Assembly (NCBI GenBank): GCA_973895155.1
Contig: OZ316898.1
Location: 16,026,330 to 16,090,329 of the forward strand
Source of the DNA: Marsupella aquatica
Taxonomy: Eukaryota > Plantae > Marchantiophyta
Direction: 5' to 3'
DNA length: 64,000 nt
Part shown: piece by piece, positions 13,423 to 24,389 of the stretch
Position numbering within the stretch: position 1 is the first letter of the stretch
Layout: every line of letters begins with the position of its first letter
The notes under the pieces: generated by a model
The model's database searches: none
The model's input: the letters and a program-made list of their open reading frames with translations, nothing else
What the model was told of the DNA's origin: nothing
Program-made: the position numbers and the translations under genes

Positions 13423-16160
13423 ATGTGATCTAGAGCACTAAAAAACCTGCCCTAAAATTAAACCAGCTTGTGATGATGCTCTTTTCATGTATTTTTCAAC
13501 CCAAGAACTAAGTCTAGCTTCTAGTAGTCCTCCTAAAACTTTAGCAAAGATACTAGCTATCATGATAGTCCTATAGTTGCTCACCTCATTCTTAGAGCCT
13601 CCCTTGTGAATAGGTACCAATCTCCTTGTACTCCAATCTGGAGGTAAGCCACCTTGGACCACTTGATTCAAACATGTAGTGAGTGCTGATACCAAAGAAG
13701 ATCCACCCCATTGTAGGAGCTCCACTGTGAACCCTTGCAAATTTGCAGCCTTGCCCTTTTGCATTCTAGATAGTTGAGTTTGCATCTCTATATCTGAGAA
13801 TTGAATAGCTTCCCCAATCTCCAAAGGCATGGAAGTAGCTTCAGGATAGAAGTAGAGAGACCTCACATAGCTTACCAATGTTTGTTGCTCCAAGCAAGGA
13901 TCTTTTTTTTCACCTGAAATCTCTTCCAAAAGCCTTTAGGATTCTCTTGAAGTTCTTGCAAAAGCACTTGTTGATGTTGCCTCATGAAGCATCTCTTCTT
14001 GTGCTTCACAAAGTTACTATACATTCTCAATGCAAGTAACTTTACATCTTCAGGTTGTTCCATGGCCCTCCTTCTAGCTTCTACACACTCCTGCATCAAA
14101 CCATGCTTTCATGGTTTGTTTTGTGGACAATGGTCTTTTAGAGAATACAATAGTAGTTGCCTTTGCTATCAATTGTGATAGTTCCAACACAATGGAATGT
14201 GTTGATAGTAGGGCCTCAATCTCCCCTCTAAATACATCAGCCTTATTATGATCCAAGAAGAGTCTAGAAATATGTCTTTTCCTTGTTATCCCCTCTCTAA
14301 AACTTGTGGCCAAATCTAGATGAAATAACAAGAGTAGATGTGAAGACTCTGGTTGTTGATCAAGTATTCTAAAATCAATCACTCTACTAGCTGAAGATGG
14401 TGATGCTAGGAGATAATCAATGGTGCTACATCCTTGGCTTGATCTAAATGTATAACCTGATGAATGAGGAAATCTTTCAAGCCCATTCAATATTCTCAGA
14501 TTACAAGAAGCTCCTAATTGTAGAAAATGGGGTGTCATATCATTTACCCTAGTATCTAAGCTTTTCTCAACCAAGATGAGTCTTCATTGCATAATATCCA
14601 AGACAATGCCCCCAAATCTCCACTATCAATGAATTGTTGGTGAGACAGTCTAGCATTAAAATCTTCCACTATCCATGTCTCTCCTAGTACTGATACATCA
14701 TGTATAACTTGAATCAAGTTATGGAATGGATATTGTGCATTAGCAATTCCCATCTTGTACCCATTCATGCTAAGTGGGGTAAAATAGGTGGCAATTAGAA
14801 ATGATGGAGTACCTCTAATATGTAGTCTCACCACCATGAATTGCTTGCTTGGATCTTCATGCTCAATAGATGTCATGTGTTGAAGATGGTTCTTGGTGTA
14901 GACTGCAATACCTCCAAACCCTCTTCCCCTTGTGGTGTTCTTTTAATTGAAGAGAGATCCAATGCAAGTAAAATCCTTGATGCTAGATAGATCATTCTCC
15001 TCATATTGCCAAGTCTCCATGAAAAGCAGGATGTCAGCTTTCTCAAACAAGGGTTCTCCTCCTATTGCTGATTCTATGGAAAGTCCTGAAATATTCCATG
15101 CCATGACTCTCAAGGTCCCAACCCATCATTTAGAGGCATCTCTCTTCCTTTGGGTCACAAAAGCTTGCCCATTGCGCAAGTATGCTACCAATCCTTGATC
15201 CTTGGCTGCCCTCACCTTGTCAAGCTCAATCTTCCTTGCTTCCACTTGGGTGGGAGTCAGATCATCATCCAACCAAATCCTTTGACCCTTGAGCATGTTC
15301 CTATTAGCCATCACTCTAACTTTCTCAGATTCCATGCCAAACTTGACCAAGATTGGACGTGGAAGATCACCCTTCTTTTGTCCAATCATGTATGCCTGGA
15401 AAATGGTAGGTTCATGCACTTTCAAGTGAGATTGGAAGAAGTAAGTGACTACCTCTTTGGTGTTCTCCTTTTCCACCTCCACCACCCCTGATATCTTGCA
15501 ATTGTTCACTCTTGTATGTTGGTTCTTCTGTTCCTCCTCCAGTAATCTTCTCTCCTCGTCCTTGGTTTGGATAAACTCCATGTGTGATTGCTTGGCTGCT
15601 TAAGCATGTGTCTTCAGCTTCTCCTCCATCAAGGCCATGGTGTTGTTCTCTTTTAACCTCTCACTCATCTCAACTGTATGTTCAGCAATCACCCTAGTGA
15701 CCTTGATAGAGCCACCCAACTTAATCCTCAACTCATGGATCTCTTTCCTTTGTTCCTCCACTACTCTCACAAGAGTAGTCAATTGGGCTTTCTGGTCAGC
15801 CATCTCCTTTGTAACACTAGAAGAATCCGAGGTGAACTGAGACCGCAATATGTGACTCATTTTGGCTCATGTGACTTCATTGTGACTCAACGTGACTTGA
15901 CCCACGCTGTGACCCTTGGAGTTGCAAAAGTTGAGACCAAAAAATGGAAGTCACTATTGATACTGGGCTTTGCAACTCGCTTGATACCCATTTGTGACTG
16001 ATCTGTGACTTTATTGTGGAGTCTAGCCTTGTTTCGACGTGACTGCAATATGACTTCAGCGAGTCACATCGTAAGTCACAAACATGACTTACCCGCATTC
16101 AAAGCGTGTGACTATTTAGTGTCACAGGAGAGACCAATGGAGACCCTGGCCCGCGTCACA
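13423..16160 (-). mobile_element. Older RTEX-like LINE (family C): 5' region, ORF1 (~15126-15860), APE and start of RT; cut by the Copia insertion
   Basis: ORF1 PRPILVKF...LKGQRIWLDDDLTP and ORF2 fragments (LRVMAWN, STIDYLL, NYRTIM, SQAG) are homologous to 36818-40804. Multiple stops. Confidence 0.9.
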
Positions 16161-16661
16161 CAACAGAACCATTTGGGACTCTATATACTCATGTTTATAA
16201 CTAATAAGGTTCACATGCAAGTTATAACCATGACTAATGAACACAGAGGGACAGTTCATAAGGAGAGAGAGCACTCGACATTACAATACATAGAAACCTG
16301 ATGTTCTAACTTTAGAAATATAACACATTGAATACAAGAAATGAACATAGCATGAATGACATCCACATGAAACAAAGCATCATATAAGCACATCCTACAT
16401 AAAACATTCATAAGAATTAAACATAATCACAATCTTGCTAAAAAATGAAGATCATTTGAATTCCAATGGAATAGTTTACAATGTGATCAATGTAATTCAG
16501 ACAAAATAAGAACTCATAATTGATGACTGTAGGATGAGATAACTGAAAGCACATGCATGATACTATGAATCTCCAAGAGGACATGATTCTTGTACTGCTT
16601 CTTGACATCTAAAATCTACATAACATGACTCACACTACAAAAAAATAATGGCATGACATTG

Positions 16662-17980
16662 TTATGGATCCTCTATGAACTTGCTTGGCCATAATACCAA
16701 AGAACCTGTAGCATCTCCAAGTGTCTTTTGAGGAGGATCATCATTTGTGTTTGGAATGGGAAGGACAGCTTTAGGTTTCACTAGTAATGTGACTAACACT
16801 ACTGAATAACCTGGGGGAATCCTCTTGCCATGGAACGTTGTGGAACCAACCTGCACTCTGCCAAATCCTACTCGTGTTCCACTCTCATCAACAGCTAACA
16901 AGCCACTTTGTCCCTCAGCATTAGGTGCTTTCCCCACTTCCACCTTAGATCTTTCTGCCAGCACCGTTCTTGGAGGTTTGTATGAAACCTTTGACGTGGC
17001 TCTGCTCCCACCAGCAGACTTGCTTCGTGTGCGCATGCTTCCTCTCTTCATAGTAGTGAAGCTAGGCTTAGTAGGTTCCTCTGTTAGGACTGTCACAGTA
17101 GCAGGTTCATCACCTGGGAGTGTCATACCAACTAACTCTTTGGTTGGATTTATCTCAACAAGAGGCACACCTGTCATTGAGAATGATACATTCTGCAAAT
17201 CATTTATCTCTGCAATGGAGTCAAGATCTACATAGCATGAATCTGGCTCAATGGTATCATTGTCATGCTTGCTGATATCCTCATTTGCCCCAACATTGAT
17301 ATCATCCACTCCCTTGCCAATGTCATCATCATCCAAACATGGTTGACTGCCCTCTGTCAAACAAGTTGCTTGTACAGACTGCAACTTTGTTGCCTCTAAA
17401 TGGTAATGGTAATGGTAATGGTAATGTATTATAAGCTCCGGGACCATGAAAGTCAAAGGAGCTGCCACAAAAAGTAAAGTACAATGCAATCAAAGAAAAG
17501 AGCAACCAAAAGAGATTGCTCAGAAGAGGACAACTATGTCCTCAAAGAAACTATAGCGAGTATTTTCCAGGTTCTCATACTTCTTCTCTGTAGCACCTGT
17601 CTTATTCTCTATGGACACAACAACCACAATATATGTTACTGAAAATAACACATTCAACAAACAATGTCAATTCAAACTATACATTTAATAATCATATCCC
17701 ACACAGTTGTAAAGGCCTTACCTTCAAGCCTACATGTCGTTGGCATGCCAGAAGAGTGCATCGACTTTGCCACCTCAAGTGGTGATGGTGGAACTCCTAC
17801 AGAATTGGAATCAATTTTATCTCTCACCGACACAACAGTTTCCATTAATTTCTTGAAGTTCACATGGAACAAGTCAGTCAATGAATTCAAACGTTCATTG
17901 ATCTCTGGAAGACATGTTTCGATAGCCTTCAAACGACCACTTATCTTTGTAAGTGAAGATCCACCTCCCTACATGACACA
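16662..17980 (-). pseudogene. Last exons of a TnpA/TNP1-like CACTA gene; GT-AG intron 17609-17721; interrupted by a LINE 3' fragment
   Basis: C-terminus VGFGRV...TFHGKRIPPGYSVVLV...AVLPIP...TLGDATGSLVLWP resembles the En/Spm TNP1-type domain. Splicing the intron and removing the insert restores one frame (RLE-ENKTGATEKKYENLENTRHLEATK). Confidence 0.75.
17404..17554 (-). mobile_element. RTEX-A 3' fragment (~150 nt) with (CATTAC)n tail
   Basis: Reverse complement of ~40784-40932. Confidence 0.95.
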
Positions 17981-18073
17981 GGGGTATAGGTTCAATCACT
18001 CCATATCATAGGTTAATCCAAGTCATTCCAATCTGGCACGGAAATGTCAAAACATCTAAGCACAGCGGTACGC

Positions 18074-18912
18074 AAAATTTCACTTCGAGTTGGAAGGGCA
18101 ATCGGCTGCGGTTTGAGCTCGGATTTTGGCAGAGTGTTGCAAACAGCGAGAATGTATCACTGGCAAAGTTAGAGCTGCAACCGACATCGTTTGGTATGCA
18201 CTTTAGCATGCGCGATCTGCTACGTCTCCAGTTTCGCGATTCTGAGCTTGGGGCGAAATTTCACTTCGAGTTGGAAGGGCAATCGGCTGCGGTTTAAGCT
18301 CAGACTTTGCCAGAGCATTGGAAACAGCGAGAATGTATCACTGGCAAAGTTAGAGCTGCAACCGACATCGTTTGGTATGCACTTTAGCATGCGCAATCTG
18401 CTACGTCTCTAGTTTCGCGATTCTAAGCTTGGGGTGAAATTTCACTTCGAGTTGGAAGGGCAATCGGCTGCGATTTGAGCTCAGATTTTGCCAGAGCATT
18501 GGAAACAGCAAGAATGTATCACTGGCAAAGTTAGAGCTGCAACCGACATTGTTTGATATGCACTTTAGCATGCACGATCTATTACGTCTCCAGTTTCACA
18601 ATTCTGAGCTTGGGGCAAAATTTCACTTCGAGTTGGAAGGGAAATTGGCTACGGTTTAAGCTCAGACTTTGCCAGAGCATTGGAAACAGCGAGAATGTAT
18701 CACTGGCAAAGTTAGAGCTGCAACCGACATTGTTTGGTATACACTTTAGCATGCACGATCTGCTACGTGTCCAGTTTCGGGATTCTGAGCTTGGGGCGAA
18801 ATTTCATTTCGAGTTGGAAGGGCAATCGGCTGCGGTTTGAGCTCAGATTTTGGCAGAGTGTTGCAAACAGCGAGAGTGTATCACTGGCAAAGGTAGAGCT
18901 GCAACTGACATC
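18074..18912 (+). repeat. Tandem array of 181-bp monomers (~4.6 units) forming the LINE 5' UTR
   Basis: The CA(C/T)TTCGAG marker recurs at 18081, 18262, 18443, 18624 and 18805. Confidence 0.95.
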
Positions 18913-19632
18913 CTCTACTGCTCCCAATTTCTATTTGTCGTCTAAGAGTACATTCTAACAACAGTTTCAGCTTTGTGATGGCAACGGAGGAGATTGCCCA
19001 TCTCAAGGCTTTGCTTGAGAAAATCTTAGTTGTGGCTGAAAACTCCGCAATTGAGATTACCACGCTCAGCAAGGAGGTGACGGAGCTAAAGAATGAGAAT
19101 GTCAAGCAAAAGAGGTTGATTAGTGATCTTCGATCTCAAACTCAGGAGAATGGTAAGCAACTCTCATTGCTTGCATCGTGTTTTGGAGACATGGAGAAGA
19201 GTATGTGCCCAGAGAAATCAGTGATACATGAGGCTGTAGGGGAGATTGAGGAGAAGCTCAAAACCTTTGCACAGGCTGCAAAACAATCACATATGGAATT
19301 TGTCCAAGCCAAGGAGGAGGAGAGGAGAGCACTAGAAGAAGAACACAAGAACCAGCATGCAAGAGTCAGCAACTGCAAAATATCAGGCCTTGTTGAGGAG
19401 GAGAAGGAAGACACCAAGAAGGTAGCAATTTCATTCTTCCAATCTCAGATGAAAGTGCATGACCCTATCATTTTGCAAGCATATAGGATTGGGCAAAAGA
19501 AGGGGGACCTTCCACGTCCAATCTTGGTGAAGTTTGCAGCTGAATCCGAGAAAGCTAGAGTGATGGCTAACAGGAGCATGCTTAAAGGGCTAAGGATTTG
19601 GTTGGATGATGATCTGACTCCCACACAAGTCC
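18074..19632 (+). mobile_element. RTEX-A 5' part: monomer array plus 3'-truncated ORF1
   Basis: Near-identical to 36531-37472, with extra upstream monomers. ORF1 breaks after DDDLTPTQV and joins an inverted ORF2. Confidence 0.95.
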
Positions 19633-22205
19633 TCATAAAACTTGCAAGCAATGAATACATGATATTCATTCTCTATACTAGAGCTATGACATAGTTGACA
19701 AACCCTCTTTTTCCTGTCAATATCCTTCCATCTCCCTTGTTCTACTTCAAGGTGGTGTGAGCTTAGTCTATACTGAGCAATAAGTTGTCTAAGTTGTACT
19801 GAGATAGTGCTCGATAAGTATTCTTGTTCTCGATATTTCTTCATTGGGTTCACATCTCTCATGTAGTATTGCTGCCGTGGGCTAGGTTCATGCCAAAGTT
19901 TGTGCAAAGCCTTTTGCTCAAGTTTTGCTCTTAGCTTGGTTGGGTGTGTTGGCCATTCATGTTCAGGAAGATCCCAAGCATGGGCCCACCTGCACACATC
20001 TGCATACCACCCTTTAGCTGAAGATGAGCGCAAGGCATGAAAAGGAAATCTGTTTTCCTCCAACTCTCTTACATGCATGATGTATTTGAGTGTGTGGAAG
20101 AGTGCCTCCACCTCCAAAGGAAACAAGCCTGCCTCTGCAAGTGTAAGTGCATATGGGGTTTGTGACTTGATCCCAAGCTCCATCTCAAGAAATAGCTTTT
20201 GCAGCCCCTCAATCTGTTGCCACCTAGATTTAGACACACCTGCTCCCCAAATTGGTGCTCCATAAAGAATGACTGGTTTCACCAAAGCTCCAAATAGATG
20301 TTTCCTTAACCTCCAAGTGTGTAGACCAGCTCTTTTGCATTTGTTCATGAATGCATAAAAAGCTCTGTACCCATTGGCAGCCCTAGATTTTACACATGAG
20401 GCCCAACTCAAGTTTTGAGAGAACTCCACCCCCCAAGGTATTTGTAGGTCCTCACAAATTCCACCAGATTCCCTTGGAAGTAGAGCTCTGGATTTTGTCG
20501 TGTGCCAATGCCCAAACACTTGGTCTTCTTGAGGTTGACTACCATCCCTGTTGCTTGACAAAACTCCTCCAAGGCATTGAGATGTCTTTGCAAAGCTTCT
20601 TGAGCATGAGCAAGTAGGACCACATCATCTGCAAATATAAGAAGTTGGAGGACAAACCTACCCAATTGAGTGCCAACTCCACCATGCTCCTCCAAAATGT
20701 TGTGTAGCTGATCAATGAAGATGCCAAAGAGAGTTGGTGAGAGAGGACAACCTTGGATCACCCCAAGAGTGCTCCAGATTTCTTCAGAGGTTTCCTTTGA
20801 AAGTTTGATGCGCACTTCTTGGTACAATTTAGAAACAGCCAACCTGAGCTCTTCAGGCACTTCCAACTCCACCATCCTATCCCAAAGCTTGGATCGGGAA
20901 ACTTTGTCAAAGGCCTTGGAGAAGTCCACAAACAAGCAAAATAATGGTTTATGTGGAGATTTGGCCTTTTCACACAACACCCTCAAGCAGAGAATGTGAT
21001 CCATAGTGCTGAATTCTCTCCTAAAACCTGCTTGTGAAGGTGCCCTTTTCATCTCACTCTCCAACCAAGAGCTTAATCTGGCTTCAAGTAGTCCTCCCAA
21101 AACTTTAGCAAAAGTATTGCCTACCATGATGGTTCTGTAGTTGTGCACATCGTCCTTGTTGCCTGCCTTGAAGATAGGCACCACTCTTCTGGTCATCCAA
21201 GCTTTAGGTAAATCTAAAGCCATTGCTTGATTCAGCTCATGCACCAAGTTTGTTAGTAAAGAGGGTCCTCTCCACAAAAGAAGCTCCAAGTTCAGGCCCA
21301 ACAGATCTTTAGCTTTCCCATGTTGCATGTGGGAAAGATGCACCTTCACCTCCCTCTCTGTAAACTGAATGGTGTCCCCAAGGGGCAAAGGCATGCCACT
21401 AGCATCTGGAAAGAAATACAAGGATGTGACATAGGTTACCAGGTCCTGGTGATCCAAGGGGGGAGTAGTCTTGCCTGATTGCATTCTCTCCCAAAAACGT
21501 TTTGGATGTTTGATGAACTCCTCACATAGTGATTGTTGATGACTCTTCAAGAAGCACCTCTTCTTGTGTTTGATGAAGTTCTTGTACATAGTGAATGCCA
21601 AAAGTCTCTTTTCCCCTTAATGTGATCTTGCTTGCATCCTTGCTCTAGCACAATCCTCGTCAAACCAAGCCTTCATGTTTTGCTTTCTAGGGGGTTTGCT
21701 GGAGAAAGTAGAGGCTGCTGCTTGTGCTATGACTTCTGAGAGCTCAATCTGATCATCCAAGGTATGGAGAAGATGTTCAAAGTTGGCTTTGAAGATGACT
21801 TCTCTATCAGGGTCTAGAAACAGAGGTTTGGGTACTGGCTTTCTATGCACTTTGTTTGGGATTGTGGTCAGGTCAAGATGGAACAACAAAGGCAAGTGTG
21901 AAGACTCTGGTTGTTGATCAAGTATTTGAAAGTCAACCACTCTAGTGGCAGAGGTAGGTGTGGCAAGAAGGTAATCAATGGTACTACATCCTTGTTTAGA
22001 TCTAAAAGTGTAACCAGATGATTGGGGAAATCTCTCAAGTCCATTCAATATTCTTAGATTACAAGAAGCTCCCAAATGCAAAAAGTGACGTGTCATGTCA
22101 TTTGTTCTGGTGTCAAGAGCCTCTCTCACCCAAGGTATCTCTTCACTACATGATGACCAAGGTAAAGTTCCTAAGTCCTCACTTTCAGTAAATTGTTCAT
22201 TAGAT

Positions 22206-22360
22206 GGCTCTCTAGGTCCATAGTTTCTTTGAGGACATAGTTGTCCTCTTCTGAGCAATCTCTTTTGGTTGCTCTTTTCTTTGATTGCATTGTACTTTAC
22301 TTTTTGTGGCAGCTCCTTTGACTTTCATGGTCCCGGAGCTTATAATACATTACCATTACC
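22206..22360 (+). mobile_element. RTEX-A 3' fragment (155 nt) nested in its own family's endonuclease domain
   Basis: Matches 40769 to the tail. AGAT duplicated at 22202-22205 and 22361-22364. Confidence 0.95.
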
Positions 22361-22846
22361 AGATACCCTGGCATTAAAGTCCCCCACTATCCATGTCTCC
22401 CCTAGTGGTGATATATCATGAATGACTTGGTGGATTAACCTATGAAATGGATAATGTGCATCAGCAATTCCCATCTTATAGACATTCATATTAAGGGGAG
22501 CAAAATAGGTGACAATCAGAAATGATGGAGTACCTCTGGTATGAAGTCTCACCACCATGAACTGCTTGCTGGGATCTTCATGTTCAATAGAGGTGATGTG
22601 TTGAAGTTGATTCTTGGTGTAGACAGCAATGCCTCCAAACCCTCTTCCCCGTGTGGTCTTCTTCTCATTGAAGATGGATTGTATGCAAGTAAAGCCTTTA
22701 ATGCTAGGTAGAGCATTTCCCTCATATTCCCAAGTCTCCGTGAAAAGCAAGATGTCAAAATTCTCAAACAAAGGTTCCCCTCCAATTGCTGTTTCTATGG
22801 AAACTCCTGAAACATTCCATGCCATGACTCTCAAGGTCCCAATCCA

Positions 22847-23617
22847 TCATTTAGAAACAACTCTCTTCTTATTGGTAACAACAGCTTGTCCATTGCGCAA
22901 GTAGGCTACCAATCCTTGGTCTTTGGCTACTCTCACATTCTCAAGCTCAATTTTCCTTGTTTGGACTTGTGTGGGAGTCAGATCATCATCCAACCAAATC
23001 CTTAGCCCTTTAAGCATGCTCCTGTTAGCCATCACTCTAGCTTTCTCGGATTCAGCTGCAAACTTCACCAAGATTGGACGTGGAAGGTCCCCCTTCTTTT
23101 GCCCAATCCTATATGCTTGCAAAATGATAGGGTCATGCACTTTCATCTGAGATTGAAAGAATGAAATTGCTACCTTCTTGGTGTCTTCCTTCTCCTCCTC
23201 AACAAGGCCTGATATTTTGCAGTTGCTGACTCTTGCATGCTGGTTCTTGTGTTCTTCCTCTAGTGCTCTCCTCTCCTCCTCCTTGGCTTGGACAAATTCC
23301 ATATGTGATTGTTTTGCAGCCTGTGCAAAGGTTTTGAGCTTCTCCTCAATCTCCCCTACAGCCTCATGTATCACTGATTTCTCTGGGCACATACTCTTCT
23401 CCATGTCTCCAAAACACGATGCAAGCAATGAGAGTTGCTTACCGTTCTCCTGAGTTTGAGATCGAAGATCACTAATCAACCTCTTTTGCTTGACATTCTC
23501 ATTCTTTAGCTCCGTCACCTCCTTGCTGAGCGTGGTAATCTCAATTGCGGAGTTTTCAGCCACAACTAAGATTTTCTCAAGCAAAGCCTTGAGATGGGCA
23601 ATCTCCTCCGTTGCCAT
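22847..23617 (-). CDS. RTEX-A ORF1 (coiled coil plus RRM-type RNA-binding domain), intact
   Basis: ~256 aa, nearly identical to 36818-37588. Confidence 0.9.
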   Translation of the reverse strand: MATEEIAHLKALLEKILVVAENSAIEITTLSKEVTELKNENVKQKRLISDLRSQTQENGKQLSLLASCFGDMEKSMCPEKSVIHEAVGEIEEKLKTFAQAAKQSHMEFVQAKEEERRALEEEHKNQHARVSNCKISGLVEEEKEDTKKVAISFFQSQMKVHDPIILQAYRIGQKKGDLPRPILVKFAAESEKARVMANRSMLKGLRIWLDDDLTPTQVQTRKIELENVRVAKDQGLVAYLRNGQAVVTNKKRVVSK

Positions 23618-23682
23618 CACAAAGCTGAAACTGTTGTTAGAATGTACTCTTAGACGACAAATAGAAATTGGGAGCAGTAGAG

Positions 23683-24257
23683 GATGTCAGTTGCAGCTCT
23701 ACCTTTGCCAGTGATACACTCTCGCTGTTTGCAACACTCTGCCAAAATCTGAGCTCAAACCGCAGCCGATTGCCCTTCCAACTCGAAGTGAAATTTCGCC
23801 CCAAGCTCAGAATCCCGAAACTGGACACGTAGCAGATCGTGCATGCTAAAGTGCATACCAAACGATGTCGGTTGCAGCTCTAACTTTGCCAGTGATACAT
23901 TCTCGCTATTTCCAATGCTCTGGCAAAGTCTGAGCTTAAACCGTAGCCAATTTCCCTTCCAACTCGAAGTGAAATTTTGCCCCAAGCTCAGAATTGCGAA
24001 ACTGGAGACGTAACAGATCGTGCATGCTAAAGTGCATATCAAACAATGTCGGTTGCAGCTCTTACTTTGCCAGTGATACATTCTTGCTGTTTCCAATACT
24101 CTGGCAAAATCTGAGCTCAAATCGCAGCCGATTGCCCTTCCAACTCGAAGTGAAATTTCACCCCGAGCTCATAATCGTGAAACTAGAGACGTAGCAGATT
24201 GCGCATGCTAAAGTGCATACCAAACGATGTCGGTTGCAGCTCTAACTTTGCCAGTGA
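23683..24257 (-). repeat. 181-bp monomer array (~3.2 units)
   Basis: Reverse complement of the 3' part of the 18074-18912 array. Confidence 0.95.
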
Positions 24258-24345
24258 AAGGTACATCCGAGGCAGAGCACAGCAGGCACATGGACAGGAC
24301 AAGACTATTAAATGACAAGACTAAAGAGTATTTCATTCTTCCATT

Positions 24346-24389
24346 GACTTTCATGGTCCCAGAGCTTATAATACATTACCATTACCATT
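24346..24389 (+). mobile_element. Minimal RTEX-A 3' fragment (~44 nt)
   Basis: GACTTTCATGGTCCCAGAGCTTATAATA(CATTAC)n, with CCATT on both sides. Confidence 0.9.

Larger units (their letters stand above)
19631..24257 (-). mobile_element. Near-full RTEX-A copy lacking the last ~290 nt; ORF2 disrupted
   Basis: Reverse complement of 36531-40640, with extra monomers. Frameshift in a G-run at ~20430, stop at 21617, nested insert at 22206-22360. Confidence 0.95.

Noticed and set aside
16633-16645. CACTACAAAAAAA as the left CACTA terminus
   Set aside because: It differs from the right TIR (CACTAGAAGAAAA), has no matching 3-bp TSD, and lies only 17 nt from the TnpA-like stop within apparent 3' UTR.
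16662-17489. ORFs with HYHYHY or GNGNGN runs (also 27373-27615, 24227-24463, 22340-22834)
   Set aside because: These are translations of the inserted LINE tail, not real protein features.
18074-18912. CRISPR array or centromeric satellite
   Set aside because: There are no unique spacers, and the arrays are short and always attached to LINE ORF1.
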